The position numbers and the translations under genes were made by a program. Under the pieces are notes generated by a model that worked only from the letters and a program-made list of their open reading frames with translations, was not told where the DNA came from and did not search any database. From Phototrophicaceae bacterium (GTDB lineage: Bacteria; Chloroflexota; Anaerolineae; Aggregatilineales; Phototrophicaceae), in NCBI GenBank assembly GCA_049318945.1, contig JBMOEO010000004.1, positions 10,904 through 74,903 of the forward strand: a stretch of 64,000 nucleotides of DNA, written 5' to 3'. Positions 1 to 10,216 of this stretch are shown here, one piece after another (position 1 is the first letter of the stretch; every line of letters starts with the position of its first letter).

Positions 1-79
1 ACATTCGCAACGTCAGCTTTTTACTGGACTTGAATATCCTACTGAAAACTATTGGAATCATTCTGCGCTTAGGTGGGCA

Positions 80-1084
80 ATGAACGACACAATTACTTCC
101 CTTCCAACCGTGAGCATCATCATGCCCATTTACAATGAAGAGCATTACATCCGTGAAAGTCTTTCTGCCATCTTGGCACAAGACTACCCCGCTGAAAAAA
201 TAGAAATCCTGATTGCGGACGGCATGAGCAACGACAACACTCGCGCCATCATTGACACCCTGAACACCGACGGGCGCATCACCATCTTGGATAACCCCGA
301 ACGTCGCCAGTCATTCGGACTCAACCGCTTGATCGAAGCCGCCCGCCATGATTATCTCATTCGTGTGGATGGGCACACCATCTTAGCCCCCAGCTACGTC
401 ACCAAGTGCATTGAGCATCTACAAACTACAGGGGCAGCAAACGTCGGAGGGGCAATGAACCCCGTTGGGCGCACGCGCATGGGATGTGCGATTGCGGCGG
501 CGGGCAAATCCGCTTTCGCTGTGCCAAGTGCCTTTCATGTTAGCAGCCGCGCACAATTCACGGATACGGTTTATTTGGGGGCGTGGCATCGAAGCATCTT
601 CGCCGAAGTGGGAGGCTTTAATACGCAAGTTGGGGTGAATGAAGACTACGAGTTAAACTATCGCATTCGGCAGGCTGGGCATCAGGTCTACTTCTCCCCT
701 GATATTCAATCCATCTATTATGGTCGCCAAACTATAAAAGACCTATGGAAACAATATCTAACGTATGGGCGTTCAAAAGTCCGCACCTTGCGCCAACATC
801 CCCAATCGGTCAAACTGCGCCATCTGGTTGCCCCGTTGTTTGTGCTGTTCTTGCTCTCAGCTGGGATCGCCCTAGCCTTTCCAGTCCTGCGTGAACTTTG
901 GTTAGCGGTCAGCTTGGGCTACCTGATCTTGTGTGGCGTGTTTGCTTGGCGCGTTCGTGCCCAACGTGAGGTGAGCGCGTGGCGCGTGGCACTGGTTTTC
1001 CCGATTGTGCATCTGGCATGGGGCATCGGCTTTTGGGTGGAGTGCCTCTTTCCCGGTGTCAAGTTCACCACACCCAAGACTTAG
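80..1084 (+). CDS. Glycosyltransferase family 2 (GT-A fold) with C-terminal membrane helices
   Basis: 334-aa ORF. N-terminal VSIIMPIYNEE...LIADGMSNDNT and RVDGH motifs are typical of GT2. The C-terminus is hydrophobic. Confidence 0.85.
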   Translation: MNDTITSLPTVSIIMPIYNEEHYIRESLSAILAQDYPAEKIEILIADGMSNDNTRAIIDTLNTDGRITILDNPERRQSFGLNRLIEAARHDYLIRVDGHTILAPSYVTKCIEHLQTTGAANVGGAMNPVGRTRMGCAIAAAGKSAFAVPSAFHVSSRAQFTDTVYLGAWHRSIFAEVGGFNTQVGVNEDYELNYRIRQAGHQVYFSPDIQSIYYGRQTIKDLWKQYLTYGRSKVRTLRQHPQSVKLRHLVAPLFVLFLLSAGIALAFPVLRELWLAVSLGYLILCGVFAWRVRAQREVSAWRVALVFPIVHLAWGIGFWVECLFPGVKFTTPKT

Positions 1085-2460
1085 CGTCCCTCGCTAAAAC
1101 CCGATAGATCAAACTGGGCAAACTCTCGAATATCCTCAGCAGGCACAAATCCCCCCACCACAAAACAGGCGTGGCGTGGATCGCTGGCAGGGTTTGCCAA
1201 GTCCACCAAGCATTGCTCGCTGGCACGGACAAACGGGCGGTGTGCCTCTCCCACTTGGAAGGATTCCACCCCAGCAAGGGCGTAGTAGTACATCGCCAAA
1301 AGCAGAAACAACCCGTTTACCAGCAGGATAGCTTGTGGGGCTTGTGGTGAAGCACGCCATTTATCAAGGCTATTCTTCAAGATGAGCGCAACCACCCCAC
1401 ACCAAAATAACGCTGAGAAGGCAAGGTAATGGTTTGCTAACCCTTGTTGCACGCCAAACTGGTCAGCACGCCCAAACGCCGCCGCTGCCCCATACAGCAT
1501 ACTATAACCGATGAGGAAGGCGCATGCCTGCAACAGCGGAGCGTTCTCCTGTGTGCGTAACAGTTGTAGTCCATTCCACACCAGCAAGATCACGCCCATC
1601 ACCGCCATCAAGAACGCACGCAACAACAACCCAGACTGTGGAGAACTGGTGAACAATCCACCCAGATAGGCGAGGAAGAACCAAAAGTAATTGCCTAAGC
1701 TCCCCAACAACGAAGTGGTGGTATCGGCAAAATAAAATTCCGTGTTGGTATCCAAGCTATAGCCCGGAATTTGAAGCAGTAGCCAAGCCGTTCCTATCCC
1801 CACACCACTCCATAACAACAGCGGTTGCCACTTTCGATAGCCCACTAGCCACACGAACGGGGTTAAAATCACCCAACTAAACCACCCCACATAGCTGGAG
1901 AACGTCCCCAAAAACAAAATCAATAAGGTTATCAGCAAGGAACGGGTGGTCTTGTTTGGCGCGTGAAACAGGCTCATGCCCGCCAGAACGGTGAAGAAGA
2001 TGGAGACGAATAGCGATTTGTGTACCCCCACCAAGAAGTTGTAGCGTTGTTGGATGGAAAGCATGATGAACAAGATAGGCACGCCCAACCATGCCCAATG
2101 GCGATTCCACACTTTCGCTAACAGGTAAACGACGACCAGCGCGTTGATGCTTGCAATCAGATAGTTGATGATGCCGTCCACCCGCATGCTCCAATCAAAC
2201 CAGATCAGGTTAGGCAAGATGAGCAGGAACGAATACAAGTGTAAATCAATGGGAGCATTTGGCGGAACGCTGATGAGTTCGGTAAAGGTGAGTTGTTGCC
2301 TCTCCCATAGGACAATGCGCGGGATGATATGAATCCATTCATCAATTGCTAGGGGGTAAGTTGTGCTATAGCGCGTGATGTAGGTCAGGGCAATGATATT
2401 GAGGATCATCCATGTTGCTATGCTCAGGATAACCCCAGCCCCCAAAAAACGTCGGTTCAT
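1081..2460 (-). CDS. Polytopic integral membrane protein (GT-C / polymerase-like, function unknown)
   Basis: 459-aa ORF that is almost entirely hydrophobic helices (10 or more). Its 3' end overlaps the convergent GT2 gene by 4 nt. No diagnostic catalytic motif recognised. Confidence 0.6.
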   Translation of the reverse strand: MNRRFLGAGVILSIATWMILNIIALTYITRYSTTYPLAIDEWIHIIPRIVLWERQQLTFTELISVPPNAPIDLHLYSFLLILPNLIWFDWSMRVDGIINYLIASINALVVVYLLAKVWNRHWAWLGVPILFIMLSIQQRYNFLVGVHKSLFVSIFFTVLAGMSLFHAPNKTTRSLLITLLILFLGTFSSYVGWFSWVILTPFVWLVGYRKWQPLLLWSGVGIGTAWLLLQIPGYSLDTNTEFYFADTTTSLLGSLGNYFWFFLAYLGGLFTSSPQSGLLLRAFLMAVMGVILLVWNGLQLLRTQENAPLLQACAFLIGYSMLYGAAAAFGRADQFGVQQGLANHYLAFSALFWCGVVALILKNSLDKWRASPQAPQAILLVNGLFLLLAMYYYALAGVESFQVGEAHRPFVRASEQCLVDLANPASDPRHACFVVGGFVPAEDIREFAQFDLSGFSEGR

Positions 2461-2634
2461 GGATGGACTCGCTTGGTTGCCAGATTCGCCTTCAGTATAA
2501 AGCGGAAGCCACCCCGTGTATACATACGAGTTAACCGCGCATGAGTCCGCTTAACATCTGATGAAGTATTCAAGCGCGTTTGTGATAAAGTGTTAGATTA
2601 AAGATGAATACACATCACACAGGAAACCATTTTA

Positions 2635-3111
2635 ATGGAACTCAAGATTAATGATGCAACTATTGAAGTAGCCTCCTCACCCGATGAACCCTTGCTATGG
2701 GTCTTACGGGATGAACTGGGGCTAACGGGCACAAAGTTTGGGTGTGGCATCGGCATTTGTGGGTCATGCACCGTCCACGTGGACGGCGTGGCAACGCGCT
2801 CGTGCGTCACCCCCATCAGTAGCGTGGCAGACAAAGCCATCACCACCATTGAAGGCTTAAGCACCACCGATGAAAACGGGGTGGAAGTCTTACACCCCAT
2901 TCAACAGGCTTTCATTGATGAGCAAGTTCCCCAATGCAGTTGGTGCATGAGTGGGCAAATGATGACTGCCAGCGCGTTCTTACAACAAAACCCCTCCCCC
3001 AACGAAGAGGAGATTGTGAATGCCATGAGCAACAACTACTGTCGTTGTGGATGTTACGTGCGCATTAAAGCAGCAGTGGCACGAGTTGCCCAAGCGGAGG
3101 TGTCTGCATGA
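2635..3111 (+). CDS. (2Fe-2S)-binding small subunit of an aldehyde oxidase / isoquinoline 1-oxidoreductase-type molybdoenzyme
   Basis: 158-aa ORF with two Fe-S cysteine clusters: GCGIGICGSCTV, and CSWCMSGQMM...CRCGCY. ATGA overlap with the downstream large subunit. Confidence 0.9.
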   Translation: MELKINDATIEVASSPDEPLLWVLRDELGLTGTKFGCGIGICGSCTVHVDGVATRSCVTPISSVADKAITTIEGLSTTDENGVEVLHPIQQAFIDEQVPQCSWCMSGQMMTASAFLQQNPSPNEEEIVNAMSNNYCRCGCYVRIKAAVARVAQAEVSA

Positions 3112-5309
3112 CCACCCAACCGCAAACGAAACGCTGGCAAGTGAGCCGTCGTCAATTCTTGATTGGCATCGGGGCAGGCACCGCCACACTTGCCATTGGT
3201 CTAGCCGCCTCCGCCCCCACGCTCAAGCGTGAGGCACAGCTCGCTATCAATCAGGCATTCCTAAATGGGGAGGCACCGTCTAGCGACACCCCCAAAGCCC
3301 CTTTCATCTGGTTTGAAATCCACGCCGACAACAGCGCGTTCCTCTACATTCCTAAAATGGAGATGGGGCAAGGCATTCATACCACCCTAGCGCAGGTCGC
3401 CGCGGATGAATTGGAACTCGATTGGGAGCGCGTCACTGTGCGCCAGCCCGACATTCGGCACGGCTTTGATGCGGGCTTGCTTTTCACCTTCGGAAGCACT
3501 TCCACCACCTCGCTCTATCAACCCATTCGGGAAGTATCCGCCACCCTACGCGAGATGATCCGCCAAGAAGCCGCCCAACAACTAGGTACAACCGCTGACG
3601 CGCTCACCTTAGATAAAGGCACATTCAAACATGGGGAGACTATCGTGACCTATGGCGAGATCATCGCCAACAAACAGGGTGAATGGGACATTCCCGAAGA
3701 CCCCGCCCCACTCAAAGACGCTCGCAACTTCCGTTATATTGGGCAATCGGTTAAGCGTGTGGACTTCAAAGAGAAGCTAACTGGTCGGGCAGTTTATGGC
3801 TATGATGCCCGCGCTGAGGGCATGTTATACGGCGCGATAGCCCGCCCACCGCGCTATCAGGCAACGCTCACCCACGCCAGCGAAGGCACAGCCAAAAGCC
3901 TCCCCGGCGTGGTAGAGGTAGTGATTCAAGAGGGCTTTGCCGGTGTGGTTGCCACCACCCGCAGGCAGGCATACGCCGCCCTAGACGCGCTAGAGCTAAC
4001 TTGGGAGGGTGGCTCTGAAATGAGCCAAGCCGAGCTAGAAACCTTCATGCGCTTTGATGATCGCACCGATGGGGTGTTGATCCAACGCGAGGGCAACCCT
4101 AATGAAGCGTTTCAAGATGGCGCAACGTTGACGGCGGAATACTTCACCCCGATGGCGGTTCACGCTCACCTTGAGCCACAAGCCGCGCTGGCAGAAATTG
4201 TAGACGGGCAATACATCATCACCACCTCCACGCAAAGCCCAGAGATTAGCCAGCAATCGGTGGCAAACGGCTTAGGGATTGAAGCCGATCAAGTGCAGGT
4301 GATCCCCACTTTCATCGGGGGAGGCTTTGGGCGTAAGACCGGTACGGATGTTGCCCTAGAGGCGGCACGCCTTGCGCAGGCGGTCAACCGCCCCGTGCAT
4401 GTCGGATGGAATCGTACCGAAGAAATGCGCTATGGGTATCGTCGCCCACCGACGATCAACATCTTACGCGCACAAATTTCTGAAGATAATCAATTGGTTG
4501 CGGTAGACCATACGTTGAGTAGTTCTGATACCCTCTTCGCGGAAGGGATTGGGTTGCCACGCTTCGCCCAAAACATTCTAGGAGCCGACCCGCTTTCTGC
4601 CTCTGGCTCGCAACTCATCTACAACATCCCCAACCGTGCCGTCACCTATCACCACCGCCGCTTGCCCATTCCAACTGCTTACTGGCGTGGGTTGGGATCA
4701 TTCGCCAATACGTTTGCCATTGAAACCTTCATGGATGAAATTGCCCATGCCCTCCAAGTCGATCCGCTGGAATTTCGCTTGCGTCACTTGCCAGAAGGCG
4801 AGATTGGAGAGCGCATCAAAATCGCGCTAGAAACCGTCCGTCAAGCCAGCAACTGGGGACAAGCGATGCCCGATGGGATGGGGCGTGGATTGGCAATCGC
4901 TTATGACCGTAAGACGGTGGTGGCGTTGGTCATGACCGTTCAAGTGGACGGCGAAAAGATTCAAGCGCGTCAGGCATGGTGCGCCATTGATCCCGGCTTG
5001 GTGGTGAACCCTGACGGGGCGGCTTCGCAAGTGCAGGGGCAAATCGTGATGGGGTTAAGTTCCGCCCTACTGGAGGAACAGGTGATTGAAAACGGCTTGG
5101 CAACCGATAGCAACTTCAACACCTACCCCCTCATCACCCTGCGCGACACCCCCACCATTGAGGTTTTCCCCCTCAAAAGCGCGGATGCGCCCACAGGTGG
5201 ACTCGGAGAGCCGGTCATCGGTACAGTGCCAGCCGCCGTTTCCAACGCAGTCTTCGCCATCACGGGACAACGCTTGCGACGGATGCCGTTTAACCTAGCG
5301 CGGTTGTAA
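3108..5309 (+). CDS. Molybdopterin-binding large (beta) subunit, xanthine dehydrogenase / isoquinoline 1-oxidoreductase family, with Tat signal
   Basis: 733-aa ORF. Twin-arginine leader SRRQFLIGIGAGTATLA. GGGFGRK motif and family-typical C-terminal GLGEP. Translationally coupled to the 2Fe-2S subunit. Confidence 0.9.
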   Translation: MTTQPQTKRWQVSRRQFLIGIGAGTATLAIGLAASAPTLKREAQLAINQAFLNGEAPSSDTPKAPFIWFEIHADNSAFLYIPKMEMGQGIHTTLAQVAADELELDWERVTVRQPDIRHGFDAGLLFTFGSTSTTSLYQPIREVSATLREMIRQEAAQQLGTTADALTLDKGTFKHGETIVTYGEIIANKQGEWDIPEDPAPLKDARNFRYIGQSVKRVDFKEKLTGRAVYGYDARAEGMLYGAIARPPRYQATLTHASEGTAKSLPGVVEVVIQEGFAGVVATTRRQAYAALDALELTWEGGSEMSQAELETFMRFDDRTDGVLIQREGNPNEAFQDGATLTAEYFTPMAVHAHLEPQAALAEIVDGQYIITTSTQSPEISQQSVANGLGIEADQVQVIPTFIGGGFGRKTGTDVALEAARLAQAVNRPVHVGWNRTEEMRYGYRRPPTINILRAQISEDNQLVAVDHTLSSSDTLFAEGIGLPRFAQNILGADPLSASGSQLIYNIPNRAVTYHHRRLPIPTAYWRGLGSFANTFAIETFMDEIAHALQVDPLEFRLRHLPEGEIGERIKIALETVRQASNWGQAMPDGMGRGLAIAYDRKTVVALVMTVQVDGEKIQARQAWCAIDPGLVVNPDGAASQVQGQIVMGLSSALLEEQVIENGLATDSNFNTYPLITLRDTPTIEVFPLKSADAPTGGLGEPVIGTVPAAVSNAVFAITGQRLRRMPFNLARL

Positions 5310-5576
5310 AAAGCGCGTACAACGTCGCACCAAGTCCGTCGCGCTAGTGGGAATGGCACCCGCTTCTAACGCCCGTTGGCGATAGTAGGGTGACAGGTCA
5401 TAGTGTGGGTGCGTGGGGCGATCATGAAACCAATCACGGGTTAGCCCAATCTTTTGGGCGAACTCGTGCAGTTCGGTCAAATCATCTAAGTTATCACAAG
5501 CAAGATGACACCACAAACCATCAGCAAGTTTGGGGATGGGAGTATAGTCAATAAGATTATCTACATAAATTGCCAT
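5295..5576 (-). CDS. DUF4031 domain protein
   Basis: 93-aa ORF: MAIYVDNLIDY...WCHLACDNLDDLTELHEFAQKIGLTRDWFHDRPTHPHYDL matches the DUF4031 pattern as I recall it. Converges on and overlaps the iorB-like 3' end by 15 nt. Confidence 0.7.
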   Translation of the reverse strand: MAIYVDNLIDYTPIPKLADGLWCHLACDNLDDLTELHEFAQKIGLTRDWFHDRPTHPHYDLSPYYRQRALEAGAIPTSATDLVRRCTRFLQPR

Positions 5577-5649
5577 AACAAAGGCTCTCTTTTTGTGTGA
5601 TCTTGTAATGATAAACCCACCACAAGCGCAAACGTCACGTTCGGAGCAA

Positions 5650-5677
5650 CAAAAAAGCCCACTATGTTAGTGGGCTT
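5650..5677 (-). terminator. Rho-independent terminator downstream of the CAP-domain gene
   Basis: On the minus strand: AAGCCCAC-7 nt loop-GTGGGCTT stem followed by TTTTTT, about 30 nt after the stop at 5706. Confidence 0.75.
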
Positions 5678-5705
5678 CTCATCTTTATGTAGATTAAAAT
5701 GCTGA

Positions 5706-7022
5706 TTAGTTGCCGTTTGAAGACCGCTCAGAGTTGCTGGTAGTGTGCCCACGCTCCGCCGCCACCAACGGAACGAGGGTGGTACTTCCTCCGGATTGTG
5801 TTGTCACCGTAAGCGTTTCGGTGGCTTGTGCTTCACGAGATGCCACGATGTCTTCATGCGTGGGCAAGTTAAATGCACACTTTCCATCAGCGGTGGCACA
5901 CGTCTTCACCACGACTCCATCGTAAGCCATGTCAAACCGACCGTTCAACCAGAAACGACCGGAGTGGCGGAAGGCACTCCGTCCCGAAACCATCAAGCCA
6001 CATTCATCAGGCAATTCAGGTGGGTTGGGATTAATTTGAAATGACCACATTTGAATGCAGTAACCTGCCTCAAATTCGCGCATGCTCCCATCATAATAGT
6101 AACCTAGCCATTCAGCCGACCAGATTTCATTGGTGACGGGGGAGACAATATCAAGCGTGCTCAAATCAAGGGTAACGTCGCTGGTATTGATGAGTGTCGC
6201 ACCGAATTCATTGTAAATGAGGGTGATGTCATGCTTGGCATTAGGATCGTCGTCCGCCCCCGTGACGGTGAAAAAGTCCGCAGTAGGGGGAGCAATGTCA
6301 GGTGCAAGCGCGGCAATGTTCACCTCAACCTCACGGGATTCAGGAACGCCCTTGCCAGGGAAGACTAGCGATTCGGGGATATTGACGTAGTTCGTGATGA
6401 CCCGTTCACCATCATAGTAGGCGACAAAGAACTCATCCGTGTAAGAGAGGTCATACGGAAGGCGCATGCGTGGTGAATAGACTTGCCAATCGGTATCATC
6501 CAGTGCGTTCCCTTCCATGTCCACAAACTTGACCATGATGGGTTCATAATCGGCGCGGTCAGCGTACCAAGATTCCTCTTGGGTGAGATACATCCAATCC
6601 GTTTCAGGATCAACCGTGACAGGGAAGACATACGGACGACCACCCATGACCACATACTGGGTGAGCCAACACCCCTTTTCTAACACCGCCAACCCAAACT
6701 CACGGAAGCCCGGCTCAGTGGCTGCTTTGGTGTGGGGGGGAGAATGTTGCCAGAAGTTCAATGCGCCGTCAGTGTTGTTATAGTAGGCAGCAATTTCACC
6801 CGCAACCACCAACTCCGGCAAATCATAGCCTTGCCATCCTAAGGCTTGGGCACGCTCAAACACGCCGTAGCCATAAGCGTCCGTGTGTAACTCTGCTTTT
6901 TGCACATACGGCATCCGTTGAGCAATATAGGATGCTTGGAGCATCGCCAACTTATCTAAGTCAGGATTGCGATGCAGGGGTTGGAGTTTCTTACGAAGTC
7001 GCCAACCATTGAGTTTATCCAT
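5706..7022 (-). CDS. CAP/SCP (PR-1-like) domain protein with a ~300-aa C-terminal domain of unknown function; lacks its own signal peptide
   Basis: ORF with ATG at 7022 (TTG at 7025). N-terminal LNGWRLRKKLQPLHRNPDLDKLAMLQASYIA...FWQHSPPHTKA fits the CAP domain pattern. See the in-frame upstream signal-peptide ORF. Confidence 0.7.
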   Translation of the reverse strand: MDKLNGWRLRKKLQPLHRNPDLDKLAMLQASYIAQRMPYVQKAELHTDAYGYGVFERAQALGWQGYDLPELVVAGEIAAYYNNTDGALNFWQHSPPHTKAATEPGFREFGLAVLEKGCWLTQYVVMGGRPYVFPVTVDPETDWMYLTQEESWYADRADYEPIMVKFVDMEGNALDDTDWQVYSPRMRLPYDLSYTDEFFVAYYDGERVITNYVNIPESLVFPGKGVPESREVEVNIAALAPDIAPPTADFFTVTGADDDPNAKHDITLIYNEFGATLINTSDVTLDLSTLDIVSPVTNEIWSAEWLGYYYDGSMREFEAGYCIQMWSFQINPNPPELPDECGLMVSGRSAFRHSGRFWLNGRFDMAYDGVVVKTCATADGKCAFNLPTHEDIVASREAQATETLTVTTQSGGSTTLVPLVAAERGHTTSNSERSSNGN

Positions 7023-7034
7023 CAATTCAATCTA

Positions 7035-7184
7035 TGCGTCTGGTGCATGAGTTGGCTCTGTAGAGCAATTCTCATAATTATCGCCTTGAGCATTATCTTG
7101 GGCATAGGTGGTGAAGATGCCAAGTACCAAAGCCACCGCGAAGATTGACAAGACCGCTAACATTGTAGCTATTTTATGTTTCAT
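7035..7184 (-). other. Orphan 50-codon signal-peptide ORF, in frame with the CAP-domain ORF and separated from it by a single TAG (7032-7034)
   Basis: My translation is MKHKIATMLAVLSIFAVALVLGIFTTYAQDNAQGDNYENCSTEPTHAPDA-stop. 7184 minus 7034 is 150 nt (50 codons), so it is in the same frame as 5706..7025. Confidence 0.6.
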
Positions 7185-7431
7185 AGATTTACGAACCCCT
7201 TCAAGTAAGCCTATAAGAATCCATATTTTGTTTACCTAAAGTTATAATACAGTTTATATCAACTGACAATTGTTTAGTGTAATAAAATCATCATGAGTAT
7301 AGTAAGCATGAACACTGCGCTATAACCACCGCACAATGTACCATCATTGACAAGGGGGATTGTGTTGCCCTAATATGAGTGGCAAGCGTCTATAGTACGC
7401 GAGATCATCATCTGTCCTACTCTCCCACAGG

Positions 7432-7836
7432 ATGCAAATTCTTATGACTGATGCAAAACTCGCAGGGGAACAATTCCTGCAAGAAAACGCCAAGCAACCC
7501 GATGTGGTTGTTACTGCCAGCGGGCTACAATATTCCGTCATCAAGCAAGCGGACGGGCGCAAACCAACCGCCAATGACACCGTAGAAGTGATGTATCACG
7601 GAACATTCATCAACAACAAGGTATTCGATAGCACCTACACCCGCGGCGAAAGCATCAGCTTTCCGCTCAAGGGGGTCATTGCTGGTTGGACGGAAGGCTT
7701 ACAGTTGATGAGCATAGGGGCAATCTACAAGTTTTACATCCCCTATCACTTGGCGTATGGTGAACGTGGCTACCCTGGAGCCATCCCCGGCTACTCCACT
7801 TTGATCTTTGAAGTGGAACTCATTGCGATTCAATAG
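7432..7836 (+). CDS. FKBP-type peptidyl-prolyl cis-trans isomerase
   Basis: 134-aa ORF: GLQYSVIKQADG...VEVMYHGTFINNKVFDS...FPLKGVIAGWTEGLQLM...LIFEVELIAI is a canonical FKBP domain. Confidence 0.9.
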   Translation: MQILMTDAKLAGEQFLQENAKQPDVVVTASGLQYSVIKQADGRKPTANDTVEVMYHGTFINNKVFDSTYTRGESISFPLKGVIAGWTEGLQLMSIGAIYKFYIPYHLAYGERGYPGAIPGYSTLIFEVELIAIQ

Positions 7837-9046
7837 CTTGTTGTAGGACGGCTTCGAGTTGGTCTGCTGTCACATCCCGATGAAATTCAGTACGTGCCAA
7901 TTGGCGAGCATTGAGACGAGCCACCTGTAAGCGATCCACATCGCTTAAGAAGCGTGCCAGTTGGTGTGCCCCCAAGGCAGGGTTGGTGTCTGCAATGCGG
8001 ATGCCAACCTGATGCTTTTCTAGGAGTTGCGCCTGCCACCCTCCATAGTTAATGGCAATTGGACGACCTGCTGCCAGTGCATCAAAGAATTTGTTGGCGG
8101 AGTTATGCCACATCTCTTGAATGGGCAAGAAGAGTGAAGTAGCGATGGTGGTTGCTGAAAGCACCGCAGGCATATCCTCTTTTGCCACCGACGACATCAC
8201 GGTTAGGTTGACGTTCAACACCCCACGTTGACGGGCATAGTCCTCGATCTTTTGTTTATGCGCCCCAAAACCCACCAACAAGAAGTGTACGGTTGGGTCA
8301 AGGTGACGCATCTCCAGCGCGACCTCCACCAAATACTCCACCCGATTCATATAGCCAAATGAGCCGGCATAGGTGATGAGCGGTTGGCTTGGGGTTAGCC
8401 CCAGTCGTTGGCGAAACACCAGCCCTTGTTCAACAGGCACATCAAATAAATCAAGGTCACAACTGTTGGGAATCACCGTGACTTTGTGCGCGGCAACCCC
8501 CCGCCGAAGCACCCCCTCCTTCATCCCCGGCGACAACGCCACCACATGCGCCGCCCCATGATAGGCGATACGCTCTAAACGGCGTGCCAAGCGGATGAGC
8601 AACGGATGCCGAATTGCGCCAATGGCAATGGGGAGATCAGGCCACAAATCGCGCACCTCAAACACCATCGGAATCCGCCGCATCATCTTAGCAATCAGGG
8701 CAGGGATCGCTATGGTGAGCGGTCCACTGCTGGCATAAATGACATCCGCCTTGTGGCGCATTGCCACGCTTGCCATCAACCACCCTGCCACCACAAACGC
8801 CCACATACGGCGCGGATAGGACATGCTTTGCGAATATTGAACCGGCAAGATGATAACGGGCACCCCTTCCATCGTCAGGCGCGTCACCCGTTTGATACTT
8901 TTGTATGCGTCAGGCATTTCGCCGGGGGTGGTCAACACCGTGACATCGTGCCCCTTGTCAATCAAGCGACGTGCCAGTTCATACGTGCGCGTTTTGCCGT
9001 GCGCCTGTGGCGGAACGAAGTATTGATGCAAGTACAAAATACGCAC
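7820..9046 (-). CDS. Glycosyltransferase family 4 (GT-B, WcaI-like)
   Basis: 408-aa ORF with a GTG start. MRILYLHQYFVPP...GKTRTYELARRL N-terminus and a GT1/GT4-type C-terminal domain. Confidence 0.85.
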   Translation of the reverse strand: MRILYLHQYFVPPQAHGKTRTYELARRLIDKGHDVTVLTTPGEMPDAYKSIKRVTRLTMEGVPVIILPVQYSQSMSYPRRMWAFVVAGWLMASVAMRHKADVIYASSGPLTIAIPALIAKMMRRIPMVFEVRDLWPDLPIAIGAIRHPLLIRLARRLERIAYHGAAHVVALSPGMKEGVLRRGVAAHKVTVIPNSCDLDLFDVPVEQGLVFRQRLGLTPSQPLITYAGSFGYMNRVEYLVEVALEMRHLDPTVHFLLVGFGAHKQKIEDYARQRGVLNVNLTVMSSVAKEDMPAVLSATTIATSLFLPIQEMWHNSANKFFDALAAGRPIAINYGGWQAQLLEKHQVGIRIADTNPALGAHQLARFLSDVDRLQVARLNARQLARTEFHRDVTADQLEAVLQQAIESQ

Positions 9047-9127
9047 GATTCAATCCTCACTACTAACCCGACCCTATGTTATATTGCTTTTATTATCAGG
9101 GTAGCCAAGATTTTGCAAAGAGGGATC

Positions 9128-10216
9128 ATGTCAGAACGCAATCGGGTTTTACACGTTTTGCCCCATGTAGAATATGGGGGCGCGGCACAAATGGCAATCA
9201 ACCTCATCACCGCGTTGGATGCACAACAATTTGAAGTCCACCTTGCTTGTCTATATGACCGCCCCGCCCATCCCATGTTATCCAACATTCCCACCCACAT
9301 CTTGCATAAATCGCGTGGGTTTGATGGGCGCGTCTATACAAAACTGTTGCACCTGATGCGCCAATTGCGCCCCCATGTCGTCCACACGCATGGTTATGTG
9401 GTGGGCTACGCCCAACCCATCGCGCTCATGCTTGGCATCCCCCAACGCATTCATACCCTCCACACGTTAGCAGAAAAAGAAGTGGGGATTGGGTGGCTCA
9501 ATCGCTGGCTATATGGTCGTTGGATCACCCCAGTTGCCATTTCAGAGGCAGTGAGCGCAAGCCTGCATCAACACCACCACCTGACCGATTTCCCCACCAT
9601 TGCCAACGGCATCCCCATGATGACTTATGCTCACCCTAGCTTGCCACGCGCCCAATGGCGAGAACAACACGGTTATGAGGTGGATGATGTTCTCATTGCA
9701 TGTGTGGCAAAATTCCGCCCCGTCAAAAATCATGCTGTGTTGGTGCGTGCCTTTGCTCAGGCACAACTCCCCCCACACGTGAAGTTGCTGCTAGTGGGAG
9801 ATGGCGAAAGCGAGGTTATCGAATCCGTGCGACAAGACATTGCCACGTTCAACCTACAAGACCAAATCCATCTGCTCGGTTTACGTGGAGACATTCCAAA
9901 CCTGCTGGGTGCTAGTGACGCACTCATCCTGACTTCGGACTATGAGGGCAACCCGTTGTGCATCATGGAAGCGATGTGCGCTGGGTTGCCCGTGATTGCC
10001 ACGCGCGTGGGGGGCATCCCTGAATTGGTGGAGGAAGGGGCTAGTGGTATCTTAACCCGCCCCAACCATGCCGATGAACTGGCGCACGCCCTACGCACGC
10101 TCACTGCTTCCCCTACCTTGCGCCAAACCTACGGGCAACGCGGACAGGAGATTGCCCGCACGCGCTTTGATGCCGCAGTGATGGCACGCCAGTATGAAGC
10201 ACTCTATCGGGCGTAG
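9128..10216 (+). CDS. Glycosyltransferase family 4
   Basis: Trimmed from the 8606..10216 track ORF to the ATG at 9128 (MSERNRVLHVLPHVEYGGAAQMAINL). The upstream part is antisense to the neighbouring GT4 gene. C-terminal SDYEGNPLCIMEAMCAGLPVIATRVGGIPELV is the GT4 EX7E region. Confidence 0.85.
   Translation: MSERNRVLHVLPHVEYGGAAQMAINLITALDAQQFEVHLACLYDRPAHPMLSNIPTHILHKSRGFDGRVYTKLLHLMRQLRPHVVHTHGYVVGYAQPIALMLGIPQRIHTLHTLAEKEVGIGWLNRWLYGRWITPVAISEAVSASLHQHHHLTDFPTIANGIPMMTYAHPSLPRAQWREQHGYEVDDVLIACVAKFRPVKNHAVLVRAFAQAQLPPHVKLLLVGDGESEVIESVRQDIATFNLQDQIHLLGLRGDIPNLLGASDALILTSDYEGNPLCIMEAMCAGLPVIATRVGGIPELVEEGASGILTRPNHADELAHALRTLTASPTLRQTYGQRGQEIARTRFDAAVMARQYEALYRA

Noticed and set aside
8606-9127. 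N-terminal 174 codons of the 536-aa plus-strand ORF 8606..10216
   Set aside because: This part is antisense to the GT4 gene 7820..9046 and is His/Arg/Pro-rich nonsense. The GT4 homology begins at MSERNRVLHV (ATG 9128).
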